Virus genome (UHGV): UHGV-1698770
From: a virus
DNA: 18,856 nt
Reading direction: 5' to 3' (one strand)
In this document: positions 7,878 through 15,757 of the stretch, piece after piece
Layout of the letters: each line of letters opens with the position of its first letter
How positions within the stretch are numbered: the first letter of the stretch is position 1
Program-made: the position numbers and the translations under genes
Notes under the pieces: generated by a model
Seen by the model: the letters and a program-made list of their open reading frames with translations, nothing else
Databases searched by the model: none
Told to the model about the DNA's origin: nothing

Positions 7878-7883
7878 TATAAT
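7878..7883 (+). promoter_or_regulatory. TATAAT -10-like hexamer preceding a stem-loop and RBS
   Basis: TATAAT at 7878-7883 lies 8 nt after the stop of 7289..7870 and 12 nt before the hairpin at 7896; no convincing -35. Confidence 0.3.
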
Positions 7884-7895
7884 ATTGATTATGAT

Positions 7896-7924
7896 GGGAG
7901 CTATCGAGAGGTAGTTCCCTTTTT
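7896..7924 (+). terminator. hairpin GGGAGCTA-tcgagagg-TAGTTCCC followed by TTTTT
   Basis: 8-bp stem including one G-U pair, then T5; sits between the TATAAT hexamer and the GGAGAG RBS of 7943..8488. Confidence 0.6.
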
Positions 7925-7942
7925 AGTTTCTGGAGAGTAGAT

Positions 7943-8488
7943 ATGGCTAAAGTGAAAGAACACGATAAAATCATTTTGTATGTTAAACAGAATCCTTCAA
8001 AGAGTGTTGAGGCTGTTGTAACACACATCTCGCACAATGGTACAGTTTATTTCCGACCACTGAAGAACTTAGACTTTGACACAACACCAAACCACACATT
8101 CAGTACTTCTGCAAGACTGTGTGCAGGAACTGTATACTCAACTGCTGAGATTGAGTCCTTATCTTTCACAGGCGCTTACAAAAACTTTATAGGGATTGCT
8201 CTAAAGGACTCTGAAGAATCTTTTAAATTTTTCATGGAGACTAATAAAGGTTGTTACACGCATGTTATGCCAGTCTATAAGAAAGTTGACACAGAGCTTA
8301 CCAGTAAGTGCGAAGAAATTAGTAGTGACCTGAAGGAGCGCAAAACAGCTACTCAGAATGCCATTTACATCATTGAGAGGAACCATTTAGAAGTTCTTTT
8401 CAGAGATATGCTAAAAGCTGGTTTTACTCCAAACGAAATTACAAAAGAAACACAACGCCAGTTCAGAAACGCTATGGTGAAAGAATGA
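7943..8488 (+). CDS. hypothetical protein (181 aa)
   Basis: ATG with GGAGAG RBS 6 nt upstream. Confidence 0.7.
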   Translation: MAKVKEHDKIILYVKQNPSKSVEAVVTHISHNGTVYFRPLKNLDFDTTPNHTFSTSARLCAGTVYSTAEIESLSFTGAYKNFIGIALKDSEESFKFFMETNKGCYTHVMPVYKKVDTELTSKCEEISSDLKERKTATQNAIYIIERNHLEVLFRDMLKAGFTPNEITKETQRQFRNAMVKE

Positions 8489-8703
8489 AAAAACTAACTA
8501 CAGTTGAAGACTACTACAAACTATCCCTGTTAGAACAGTATCGTAGGAGCCAGAATATCAGAAAATGCTATGGTAAACACGCTGAAGGTGACTTTTACCG
8601 TTGCTACGATGCAGATTTAAAAGGTGTAACACCTAGAGGGAAAGTCCTGCAAAGACTTGTTGACCTTGAGTGGAACAAACGATTGAGAGGGGTTGGAAAA
8701 TGA
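8485..8703 (+). CDS. hypothetical protein (72 aa)
   Basis: ATG overlapping upstream stop (ATGA) with GGTGA RBS. Confidence 0.6.
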   Translation: MKKLTTVEDYYKLSLLEQYRRSQNIRKCYGKHAEGDFYRCYDADLKGVTPRGKVLQRLVDLEWNKRLRGVGK

Positions 8704-9203
8704 TTTACGAAGAAAGATACAAAATAGATTACCAGAAGACTGGTCATCATACTTCACTAAGAGTAACCAAACCAAATGGGGATACTGGTATCATAGCACA
8801 TTTTGGCGGTGATTATTGGTATGGTACAGGTTGCTTTGAAGGCTACAATCAAGAATACTTGAAAGCTTTCTACAGAGACTTTACAAACGACTACAACAGG
8901 GTTGTTGATGAAAAGAACAAATGTATTAAGCATGAACACCGTGCCAGAGGCTGCCTAAGTATTGTTATGGTACTGGCGTTCTTCTTAGCAATGTTACTGA
9001 CAGTATCAGCAATCAGTTGTATAGCTCAAGACTTGACCATTACACAGATTACTGCAAAGGTACATGATGTTTGGTACTTGTATGCTGTTCCTTTAGCTGG
9101 TATCATCATCTCACTAATGAGGTTCAGAGTTCATAAGAAACGACTTAAGGACTCTGAGGTTAAACTTGAAGAGGTAAGTAAAGAATGCAACCTACAATTA
9201 TAG
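8700..9203 (+). CDS. hypothetical membrane protein (167 aa) with two hydrophobic segments
   Basis: ATG at 8700 overlaps upstream TGA (ATGA), RBS GAGAGGGG; preferred over the GTG start at 8670 in the track. Hydrophobic stretches LSIVMVLAFFLAMLLTVSAI and YLYAVPLAGIIISL. Confidence 0.65.
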   Translation: MIYEERYKIDYQKTGHHTSLRVTKPNGDTGIIAHFGGDYWYGTGCFEGYNQEYLKAFYRDFTNDYNRVVDEKNKCIKHEHRARGCLSIVMVLAFFLAMLLTVSAISCIAQDLTITQITAKVHDVWYLYAVPLAGIIISLMRFRVHKKRLKDSEVKLEEVSKECNLQL

Positions 9204-9279
9204 CTGTATGTGTTCGTTTTGCAATCGCTGAAATGATTAACAAGGCAATCTTAAAAGATGCCTATGGAGAGACTAAGTA

Positions 9280-9504
9280 ATGATTAAGACACCTGTACCG
9301 ATTTTTGGATTTCCTTCTATAGAAGAGTTTAAAGTTTATCTTGACAAAAACTTCTACAACGAGCAGCCTGTTACTTTGCTGAAGAGTGACTTATCAGAGC
9401 TTCTTGATATGGTTATCAAGGCAACTTCTGAGAAGGAACCTGAGCAGAAAGCTGAGAAGAAGACTAGTAAGAAATCCGATAAGAAGACTGAAAAGTCTGA
9501 GTAA
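9280..9504 (+). CDS. hypothetical protein (74 aa), Lys/Glu-rich C-terminus
   Basis: ATG with GGAGAG RBS. Confidence 0.6.
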   Translation: MIKTPVPIFGFPSIEEFKVYLDKNFYNEQPVTLLKSDLSELLDMVIKATSEKEPEQKAEKKTSKKSDKKTEKSE

Positions 9505-9510
9505 TAACTT

Positions 9511-9535
9511 AGGGGTTACTTGATAGCCCCTTTGT
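9511..9535 (+). terminator. weak hairpin AGGGGT..GCCCCT followed by TTTGT
   Basis: 6-bp stem with 9-nt loop just after the stop of 9280..9504; poor T-run. Confidence 0.3.
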
Positions 9536-9556
9536 AGAAACTTAGAAGGTAGCGAA

Positions 9557-10006
9557 ATGAAAGAGCTTATTGGTAAAAGATTGACAGTTTACTGCTCTAA
9601 AACAAAGAAACCACTCACTTCTGTGAAGGTTTTTGATGTTGACACCACTGGTGTAGAGTACCCAATCCAATGCACAATAATTACTCCATTCAATGCAGAT
9701 GATATGGACTTTAAAGAGTGTGAAGTGATATCTTTTAATGCTGATGGGTATTGGAGAGGTAAGTTAAACAAGCAATCAAAAGATTTTGATATGCAAATCC
9801 TTATCAATGAAGGCTATATCGGTGTAAAAGATATCCTCGTAGAAGCCTATGAAGAAGGTATAATAGATGTTGTGCATGATGTTGAAGAAGCTTTAAAGCT
9901 CATTATGCCACATTTAGAATCTGGAAAGCTGACTTTAGAAATGTTTAATAGGGTTATTCGGAGAGCTTATGAAAGTAAAAGAGATAGTGCAAAGAGCAAT
10001 GCTTGA
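9557..10006 (+). CDS. hypothetical protein (149 aa)
   Basis: ATG with GAAGG RBS. Confidence 0.7.
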   Translation: MKELIGKRLTVYCSKTKKPLTSVKVFDVDTTGVEYPIQCTIITPFNADDMDFKECEVISFNADGYWRGKLNKQSKDFDMQILINEGYIGVKDILVEAYEEGIIDVVHDVEEALKLIMPHLESGKLTLEMFNRVIRRAYESKRDSAKSNA

Positions 10007-10433
10007 CAACTCAACTAAAGATGAGATGTACACAGAAATTTGTGATAAGTTAAACTGTTCAAGACATGCTGCTAAGGTTCTTGTACACTGTTTTATCTGG
10101 GAATGCTCAGAAGCTTATATGAAACACGTAGCTTTTGAGAGTTCTCATTTACTCGGTGATGCAAAAATAGGTGTAGCACTAAAAGAGCCTGAGATGAAAA
10201 CAGTACCTAAAGTTGGTAATGTGTATAAACTAAAAAATTTTATTACAGGCGAGATTGTTGCAGAAGGTGAAGTGCAACAGGTTTATCATGATGGTAAATA
10301 TCTGTTTAAGATATTCGAGTATGATAGTCGTTACAGACACTTATGTGGTATTACATTTTTAGTTTCAGAGGATGACCTCATCAAGAACAATAGTAATAAA
10401 TTCGCAGTACCAGAATATCAAGTTTTACGATAA
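9969..10433 (+). CDS. hypothetical protein (154 aa)
   Basis: ATG with GGAGAG RBS; overlaps the upstream ORF by 38 nt. Confidence 0.6.
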   Translation: MKVKEIVQRAMLDNSTKDEMYTEICDKLNCSRHAAKVLVHCFIWECSEAYMKHVAFESSHLLGDAKIGVALKEPEMKTVPKVGNVYKLKNFITGEIVAEGEVQQVYHDGKYLFKIFEYDSRYRHLCGITFLVSEDDLIKNNSNKFAVPEYQVLR

Positions 10434-10446
10434 TGGTGTGATAGAT

Positions 10447-10995
10447 ATGGAAAAAGATAACTTAAAAGATGTTGAAGGTAACTATCTAGTCCTTGACTGG
10501 AAGGATGTTCGGGAAGCACTCTCCGAAGAAAATCTTGACTGGTTCGAACAAATTATCTTTGCAGTACGGCATAACAGAGAAGTTGAAAATGGTAAAGAGC
10601 CACTTGAAGGAATCTTTGTAGAAAGGTCTTATCCGTTCTATGAAGACACTTTGCAGAAAGTTAAAATGTACTTTAGACAGAAGAACCGTAAAGTGGTCAC
10701 TATGGTATCTCTTGGTGGACAGAGTATGTCTGTGATGGAAGATATCAACCCTAAGAGACCGAGTAAAGGTGTCTGTATAAAAATCACAGGTCATGAAGAG
10801 TATATCTCAGTGGATGATTTTAGTGTATTCTGTAATGGTTCTGCTGTCTTTAATGGATTTCACTATGATATCCGAGTGTATCCAATCAAGGGAGATGCTG
10901 TTATGATGCAGATATTTGATAACAATAATGGATTCACTCATTTTTATCAGACAACCAAGTCATCATTAAAAACAGTTCTGGAAACACTGATTTAA
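10447..10995 (+). CDS. hypothetical protein (182 aa)
   Basis: First non-overlapping ATG (MEKDNLKD...); the track start at 10372 would overlap the upstream gene by 62 nt. Confidence 0.6.
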   Translation: MEKDNLKDVEGNYLVLDWKDVREALSEENLDWFEQIIFAVRHNREVENGKEPLEGIFVERSYPFYEDTLQKVKMYFRQKNRKVVTMVSLGGQSMSVMEDINPKRPSKGVCIKITGHEEYISVDDFSVFCNGSAVFNGFHYDIRVYPIKGDAVMMQIFDNNNGFTHFYQTTKSSLKTVLETLI

Positions 10996-11006
10996 AATAT
11001 CTTAAG

Positions 11007-11037
11007 AGCCTCCTTAATTGGGGGCTTTTTAATTTTT
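11007..11037 (+). terminator. rho-independent terminator closing the plus-strand block
   Basis: AGCCTCC-ttaatt-GGGGGCT stem (one G-U pair) followed by TTTTTAATTTTT. Confidence 0.75.
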
Positions 11038-11640
11038 ATAAAATTTTATCGGTTGTCCCAACCTCTGGGTCACCATTATATGTGAACAAAATATCTACCC
11101 TTCTTAACAACCTTCTTAATCTTACTCTCTATATATAGTTATATAGTACTATATAGTATCTTAGTAACTATCTAGTGGTCTTAATAGCCCTCTGTATAGC
11201 CCTTCTAAATAGCCATCTAAACACTCTTCTAACAAGCCTTCTAAACAACCTATACAATCATCTTAACCATCTCTCTACACACTCTTAGAAGCTCCTATAC
11301 ACCTCTTAATCTCTATGTAAGCTATGATACCCTCTATAGGTGTTCACTAGGTATTACTAAGCCTCTATATAGACTGTTTTAACAAACTTAACAGGAATAT
11401 CTTCACAGACCTTATCTCACAAGGTCTAACACGGTACTAACAAGGTATCTTATAAGCCTGTTTATGCCTGTATTTTTAAAAGACTGTCTAGGTAATTATT
11501 CAGAATTTTAAAATTTTTATAAAATAGGACTATCAAGTCATTTTTTAGGGTCTTTGAAGGAACTGAAAAATATCTGTCTAGGATGTATATCTGCTTGGTA
11601 GCCCTTAACAGCTCCCTTACAAGTACTTTGCAAAATTTTA

Positions 11641-11880
11641 AAATATCCTTAACAATCTCTTAACAGTTCTCACATTTTCTTAACAACTCTTCAAAGGTCT
11701 TAACAGATTCTTAACAGAACTAACAAGGCTGTAACAAGTTCTTAACAGTCGATACATGGTCTTTACAGAGTCTTAACAGATGACTAACAAGAGCTAACAA
11801 GTTAATTTTTAAGAGTTATTTTGTTAAGATAATTAACAAGTTCCTAACAAGTATTTAATCTTTTTAACAAGCTATTAACA
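11641..11880. repeat. array of at least 15 TAACA(A/G)-core motifs (TCTTAACAG / CTAACAAG) phased at 10-11 bp
   Basis: Core starts at 11650, 11661, 11681, 11701, 11712, 11721, 11732, 11743, 11774, 11785, 11795, 11834, 11845, 11865, 11876; successive differences are 9-11 bp or multiples. No ORF in any frame. Confidence 0.7.
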
Positions 11881-12062
11881 TGGTCACTATCTCTTTCTTA
11901 TCGTTCCCTTTCCCTCTTAGTGATTCTTTAAACATACCTCTTAAAAGCTCTCTATAGCTCTTTATAAGCTCTTTTAAGCCTCTTCCTAGTATCTATCCCC
12001 CAACTGTACAAACACCTCTTTATAGAGCTTTACAGGAGCTTTTAAGGCTATGTCAAAGACTC

Positions 12063-12170
12063 TTACAAGGCTTTTACGTGGTCTTAACAGAGATTTAACA
12101 AGGGGCTAACAAGTCTCTAACAAGCATAACTATGTAGGGATTGTTAAGAAATTGTTAAGAAAATGTTAAG
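12063..12170. repeat. second cluster of the same motif: direct copies then three inverted copies (TGTTAAG)
   Basis: Direct copies at 12085, 12096, 12107, 12118 (11-bp spacing); inverted copies starting 12142, 12153, 12164 (11-bp spacing); orientation switches around 12125-12140. Confidence 0.6.
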
Positions 12171-12181
12171 GGGGCTAGCAT

Positions 12182-12233
12182 TTACGTAACTTTATAGCCT
12201 TTTTTACGTAACTTTGAAGTAACTTTATAGCCC
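12182..12233. repeat. direct repeat TTACGTAACTTTATAGCC x2, second copy with internal GTAACTTT reduplication
   Basis: Copies at 12182-12199 and 12205-12233. Confidence 0.5.
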
Positions 12234-12598
12234 CTATAACATGCTTTTTAGTGACTAGCAAGGGGGTTGTTTAACCATTCACAAGGTACTAACCAGCCTA
12301 TAAGCTTACACCCTTATAAGATTCTTTTAAGCCTCTATAAAGCCCTGTAAAGAGCTTTTTAAGATAGGTTAATGCAATCCCTTAAGTTAGGTTGATAAGG
12401 CTGTTATAGAGCTTTATAGAGCGTTTAAATGGGCCATCCCCTTTCTGGGGTTATTGGCTTTTATTTAAGTTGATTTGATAAGAGGTTATAGAGTAGACTA
12501 TAGAGTTATTGTTTTTAAGGTATGAGATAGGTTCTATCGAATCAGTGGGAAGATTCTGGAAAGGTGAGGGAAAGGGATTGTATAAGGATTCAATAGAC

Positions 12599-12653
12599 GT
12601 AAAAAAGCCCCTTTAAATAGGGGCTGTTGAGGTATCTGGGGCTATTTAGCCCC
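12599..12653 (-). terminator. tandem hairpins forming the intrinsic terminator of the minus-strand block
   Basis: On the minus strand: GGGGCT-aaat-AGCCCC (12638-12653), then AGCCCCT-atttaa-AGGGGCT (12606-12625) followed by TTTTTT. Confidence 0.75.
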
Positions 12654-12663
12654 GCTGCGTCGA

Positions 12664-12912
12664 TTAGTTATAATCTTGTTTGTCGTAGTACAGAGAGACA
12701 ATTTTTTCACCCCAATAGTGATAAGAATAACCCTCTTTGAGAACTTCCTGTTTTGTTTCTTTCCAGAACTCGTCAGAAGGATTATAGTCTTTGATGGTCT
12801 GACTGATAAGACCTTTCACCATTTCAAAGGCGTTATCAGTGCCTGCAATGTCAAATTTAACATCCAGAGAGGAAAAACCGAACTCGTTAACAGTAGCGCG
12901 GATAGTTGCCAT
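12664..12912 (-). CDS. hypothetical protein (82 aa)
   Basis: ATG at 12912 directly downstream of a type A cassette carrying an AGGAG RBS; last gene before the terminator. Confidence 0.7.
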   Translation of the reverse strand: MATIRATVNEFGFSSLDVKFDIAGTDNAFEMVKGLISQTIKDYNPSDEFWKETKQEVLKEGYSYHYWGEKIVSLYYDKQDYN

Positions 12913-13003
12913 TTTTGAATCTCCTAGTTTAAGGGTTTATTTAGTGGGGAGGTCATCCCTCCCCGTTGATTAGTAATTTACTGCATGTTGGCGTATGTTG
13001 CAA
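12913..13003 (-). repeat. type A cassette (promoter TTGCAA-N17-TAAATT, stem-loop GGGGAGG/CCTCCCC, RBS)
   Basis: Conserved unit TTTTGAATCTCC(T)AGTTTA(A)GG..TTTATTTAGTGGGGAGG..CCCCGTTGATT. On the minus strand: -35 12998-13003, -10 12975-12980, hairpin 12946-12964, AGGAG RBS, ATG 12912. Confidence 0.7.
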
Positions 13004-13241
13004 GCCTTTTTTCGTTGTATTTTGTAAGAATCTCACAAGATAGAACATCGTACTTTGTAACCGCGTTGCCTTTGTCGAGGTCAAAAAAGCCAAACGCTTT
13101 ACCATCTTTGAATCCGACAACTTCGTAAGACTCTTTGATGATTTCACCATTGAACAAATCGCTTTCGATACGGTGGAATAATGCTACATCTTCTTTGTCA
13201 GTTGCAATTTGTAAAAGTGTGGTTAATTCTACGTTTTCCAT
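12978..13241 (-). CDS. hypothetical protein (87 aa)
   Basis: ATG at 13241 after cassette A2; its stop overlaps the -10 of cassette A1. Confidence 0.7.
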   Translation of the reverse strand: MENVELTTLLQIATDKEDVALFHRIESDLFNGEIIKESYEVVGFKDGKAFGFFDLDKGNAVTKYDVLSCEILTKYNEKRLATYANMQ

Positions 13242-13333
13242 CTTGATAACTCCAGTTTAGGACTTTATTTAGTGGGGAAGGTCATTCCCTCCCCGTTGAT
13301 TGACAATTTACAGACTTTTAAGTGTCTCGTCAA
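13242..13333 (-). repeat. type A cassette (TTGACG-N17-TAAATT, stem-loop, GGAG RBS)
   Basis: Hairpin GGGGAAGG-tcatt-CCCTCCCC at 13274-13294; -10 at 13305-13310; -35 at 13328-13333 lies inside the upstream gene's 3' end. Confidence 0.7.
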
Positions 13334-13838
13334 TATCTTTTTCAATATCTTTTAAAGTTTTTTCTAAGTTCTTGATATTGAACGTTAAACCTTCACCAAG
13401 AGTCTTAGAGTAACCACTAGGACGTAAATTATACAGTTTAATTTCTTCCACTTTAAAGAGACTAACTAACTCACCGTTTACATCATAAGCCATTGAAACA
13501 GTATTTGCAGGTGCATTGTAAAACTTGTTTAGTGACTTGATAGAGCGTTCATAAGCCATTTTATAACCGTTTAAAAGGTTTTTAACGTGGTTGTGAACGT
13601 TTTTACACTCATCTAAGTAAATCTCTAAGAATAACGGTAATAATTCCGCTACAGCTTGCATAAAGTGAGAGACTACAACGGTTGAGACATTACGACGATG
13701 AACGTAATAAGCCCCGTTTTCTGATTTGGTGATTGTTGCGAAATGTACCCCATTACAACGGAATTCGTATGTATCTTTTACAGGCTTAGACATTACAGCA
13801 TTTGAACGAATGAAGTTGATAGCTTGAAATTTGTTCAT
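13308..13838 (-). CDS. hypothetical protein (176 aa)
   Basis: ATG at 13838 after cassette A3 with GGAG RBS. Confidence 0.75.
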   Translation of the reverse strand: MNKFQAINFIRSNAVMSKPVKDTYEFRCNGVHFATITKSENGAYYVHRRNVSTVVVSHFMQAVAELLPLFLEIYLDECKNVHNHVKNLLNGYKMAYERSIKSLNKFYNAPANTVSMAYDVNGELVSLFKVEEIKLYNLRPSGYSKTLGEGLTFNIKNLEKTLKDIEKDIDETLKSL

Positions 13839-13929
13839 TTTAGAATCTCCAGTTTAGGACTTTATTTAGTGGGGAGGTTATTGCCTTCCCGTTGATTAGT
13901 AATTTACTTGTTTTGATATTTGATTGCAA
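13839..13929 (-). repeat. type A cassette (TTGCAA-N17-TAAATT, stem-loop variant GGGGAGG..CCTTCCC, GGAG RBS)
   Basis: Hairpin 13871-13890; -10 at 13901-13906; -35 at 13924-13929. Confidence 0.7.
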
Positions 13930-14058
13930 GTAATTTTTTGAGCTTATCTATAAAGAATCTTTTAAGTGAATCCCTTTTAGATAACCCCCCTCGAACAAAG
14001 TTACCAATGTCAATGGGTATTGTCAACACTTTTTTAAAAGTTTTTTGTAAGTTATTGA

Positions 14059-14400
14059 TTAACTGATGAATATTTTTTCAGGTTTTACATAGCTGATACG
14101 CTGACTTTTTAGCAGGTCATCCCAGATTAGCGCGGCGATATGGGAGTAACCGGATTCACGTAAAAGCTTCATTGTTTTACTTCTCGTTTCAAAACGGCTT
14201 GCGTAGTACTCACTATTTAAAACCGTTTTATTCCCTTCGTTGTCTACATGGATAATCTGCATCACTTGAAAGGGGCTTGTGTCCTCGCCTTTATTCCACT
14301 GCTCAAAGTATTTTAGGCACTGCATAGGTGACATCTTATCACTTACTTGAGTTGACCAAGATGAATTTTCTTTATCGGTAATTACGGTTACATAAGCCAT
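14059..14400 (-). CDS. hypothetical protein (113 aa)
   Basis: ATG at 14400 after cassette A4. Confidence 0.7.
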   Translation of the reverse strand: MAYVTVITDKENSSWSTQVSDKMSPMQCLKYFEQWNKGEDTSPFQVMQIIHVDNEGNKTVLNSEYYASRFETRSKTMKLLRESGYSHIAALIWDDLLKSQRISYVKPEKIFIS

Positions 14401-14494
14401 TTTTGAATCTCCTAGTTTAAGGATTGTACTTAGTGGGGAAGGTCATTCCCTCCCCGTTGATTGACAATTTACAGATTTTTATCAGGCTTGTCTA
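14401..14494 (-). repeat. type A cassette (TAGACA-N17-TAAATT, stem-loop, AGGAG RBS)
   Basis: -10 at 14466-14471; -35 at 14489-14494 overlaps the stop codon of the upstream gene. Confidence 0.7.
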
Positions 14495-14725
14495 GTCTTT
14501 TTCAATGATAATTTCATACTGACCATCTACGCTGTCAAAATAGATACCGTCTTCATCTTCTGTCTTAAAGTAACATTGTATATCATCACTAGCGGGATAG
14601 TCTTGTCTTGCTATCTGGCAAACTTGAATAGCATTTTCTTTACTTCCTGTAAACTCTTCAAGCCCTTTAAAATCGCATGAATGACCATTACAAATAGAAA
14701 GGATGAGGTAAACGGTTGTAAGCAT
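14492..14725 (-). CDS. small Cys-containing protein with hydrophobic N-terminus (77 aa)
   Basis: ATG at 14725 preceded by GGGAGG RBS and a hairpin. N-terminal MLTTVYLILSICNGHSC is hydrophobic but lacks basic residues and a canonical lipobox; four Cys. Confidence 0.6.
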   Translation of the reverse strand: MLTTVYLILSICNGHSCDFKGLEEFTGSKENAIQVCQIARQDYPASDDIQCYFKTEDEDGIYFDSVDGQYEIIIEKD

Positions 14726-14742
14726 GATTTAAGCCTCCCAAA

Positions 14743-14759
14743 AGCCCCTGTAAGGGGCT
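14743..14759 (-). terminator. hairpin AGCCCC-ttaca-GGGGCT followed by UUU, immediately upstream of an RBS
   Basis: 6-bp GC stem on the minus strand after the stop of 14792..15334; only three U follow, so it may be a 5' stem-loop rather than a terminator. Confidence 0.4.
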
Positions 14760-14791
14760 AAATAGTGTTTATAAGGTGATTGCATAGGTTT

Positions 14792-15334
14792 TTAGAAAAA
14801 GCTCTTTAAATCCTCTTCTGCGATGTTTCCTGTCAGTGTATCCATGATGTCACAAAAAACCTGAATACTGTCCGACTGTTGAACACTTTTAGCAAGTAGT
14901 TCTAATGTCTCATCAAGATAGTTCATATTTGGGTTATCCAGTGAAGGAAGACAAAAAGGTGAATACATAGCGTTAAACTCTGTTGTATAGACCTTTTTAA
15001 TCCAGTTTACATCAAAGTACTCTGTAAAACTTGCTACACTCGACATATTATCACAAGAATAATCATCATTTAGCTCATCATCTGGAATATCGAGTTCTAA
15101 GATAACAATATTTTGGGTTTTCATCTGGAAGGCCGCCGTAATAGTGGCGTTCCCTAGAGCTTGCTGAATGCCCTCCGATGTTATCTCTTCATCATCGTCG
15201 CCATAGATTTTATTTTCTGGATACACGTAAAAATTGCCGTCCATATCCGAACAATTCCATGCGCCTGATGGTTTATCACCGTTATTAATCAGGTTGAGGA
15301 AATTTTCTTGAGTAGTTCCGTGATAACATTTCAT
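14792..15334 (-). CDS. highly acidic hypothetical protein (180 aa)
   Basis: ATG at 15334 after cassette B1. Hand count about 19 Asp + 13 Glu versus 8 Lys and no Arg; runs DDDEE and DIPDDELNDDY. Confidence 0.75.
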   Translation of the reverse strand: MKCYHGTTQENFLNLINNGDKPSGAWNCSDMDGNFYVYPENKIYGDDDEEITSEGIQQALGNATITAAFQMKTQNIVILELDIPDDELNDDYSCDNMSSVASFTEYFDVNWIKKVYTTEFNAMYSPFCLPSLDNPNMNYLDETLELLAKSVQQSDSIQVFCDIMDTLTGNIAEEDLKSFF

Positions 15335-15422
15335 TTTTGAATCTCCAGTTTAGGATTGAGTAGTAAAGCTCTTTATCTGGGGCTTACTTTATCGAACTAT
15401 AAGCCCCTTGTAAAGTGCTTTA
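15335..15422 (-). repeat. type B cassette (stem-loop GGGGCTTA/TAAGCCCC, near-palindrome TAAAGTGCTTTA, GGAG RBS)
   Basis: Conserved unit TTTTGAATCTCCAGTTTAGGATT(G/T)AGT(A/G)GTAAAGCTCTTTATCTGGGGCTTA..TAAGCCCCTTGTAAAGT. Hairpin 15379-15407. Confidence 0.7.
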
Positions 15423-15668
15423 TTTAACTTTCTTTGAGAAAACTAGTTTGACTGCAACTGTAGGAATCTCGCCAGCAGTTGTAACCAGCATTACTTTTTG
15501 AGTAACCAACCTATAGCCGTTCTTTGCAGCGTATGCGGTGAAACGGTTAACATTGTAACTATAAGTTTTTGCCGTGTTATCTGGCATGTGGTAAATGAAA
15601 GGTTTACCCAAATTTTCTTCTTGTGTCAATAATCTACAGGTATCGGGAATGTTAAAGTAGTTCATCAT
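15420..15668 (-). CDS. hypothetical protein (82 aa)
   Basis: ATG at 15668 after cassette B2. Confidence 0.65.
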   Translation of the reverse strand: MMNYFNIPDTCRLLTQEENLGKPFIYHMPDNTAKTYSYNVNRFTAYAAKNGYRLVTQKVMLVTTAGEIPTVAVKLVFSKKVK

Positions 15669-15757
15669 TTTTAGAATCTCCAGTTTAGGATTTAGTGGTA
15701 AAGCTCTTTATCTGGGGCTTAAGTTATCAACTTTTAAGCCCCTTGTAAAGTACTTTA
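15669..15757 (-). repeat. type B cassette (stem-loop GGGGCTTA/TAAGCCCC with variant loop, palindrome TAAAGTACTTTA 15746-15757)
   Basis: Same conserved flanks as B1; loop sequence differs while the 8-bp stem is preserved. Confidence 0.7.

Noticed and set aside
8670-10995. Track starts at 8670 (GTG), 10372 and 2575
   Set aside because: Each would overlap the upstream gene substantially or lacks an RBS; the downstream ATGs at 8700, 10447 and 2596 give ATGA-type coupling or a proper RBS.
11641-12233. CRISPR or minisatellite interpretation of the intergenic repeats
   Set aside because: The units are only 8-9 bp with 1-12 bp between them, are degenerate, and switch orientation; there are no 24-48 bp repeats with unique spacers.
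12676-12918. 80-aa plus-strand ORF antisense to 12664..12912, and 12953..13150 minus-strand ORF
   Set aside because: The cassette orientation, RBS and terminator all support the minus-strand gene 12664..12912; 12953..13150 is an alternative frame inside 12978..13241 that begins within the repeat.
14792-15334. ADP-ribosyltransferase assignment for the acidic protein based on the N-terminal YHGT motif
   Set aside because: A single tetrapeptide is not enough; I could not identify the other catalytic positions of any ART class by eye, so only the compositional observation is reported.
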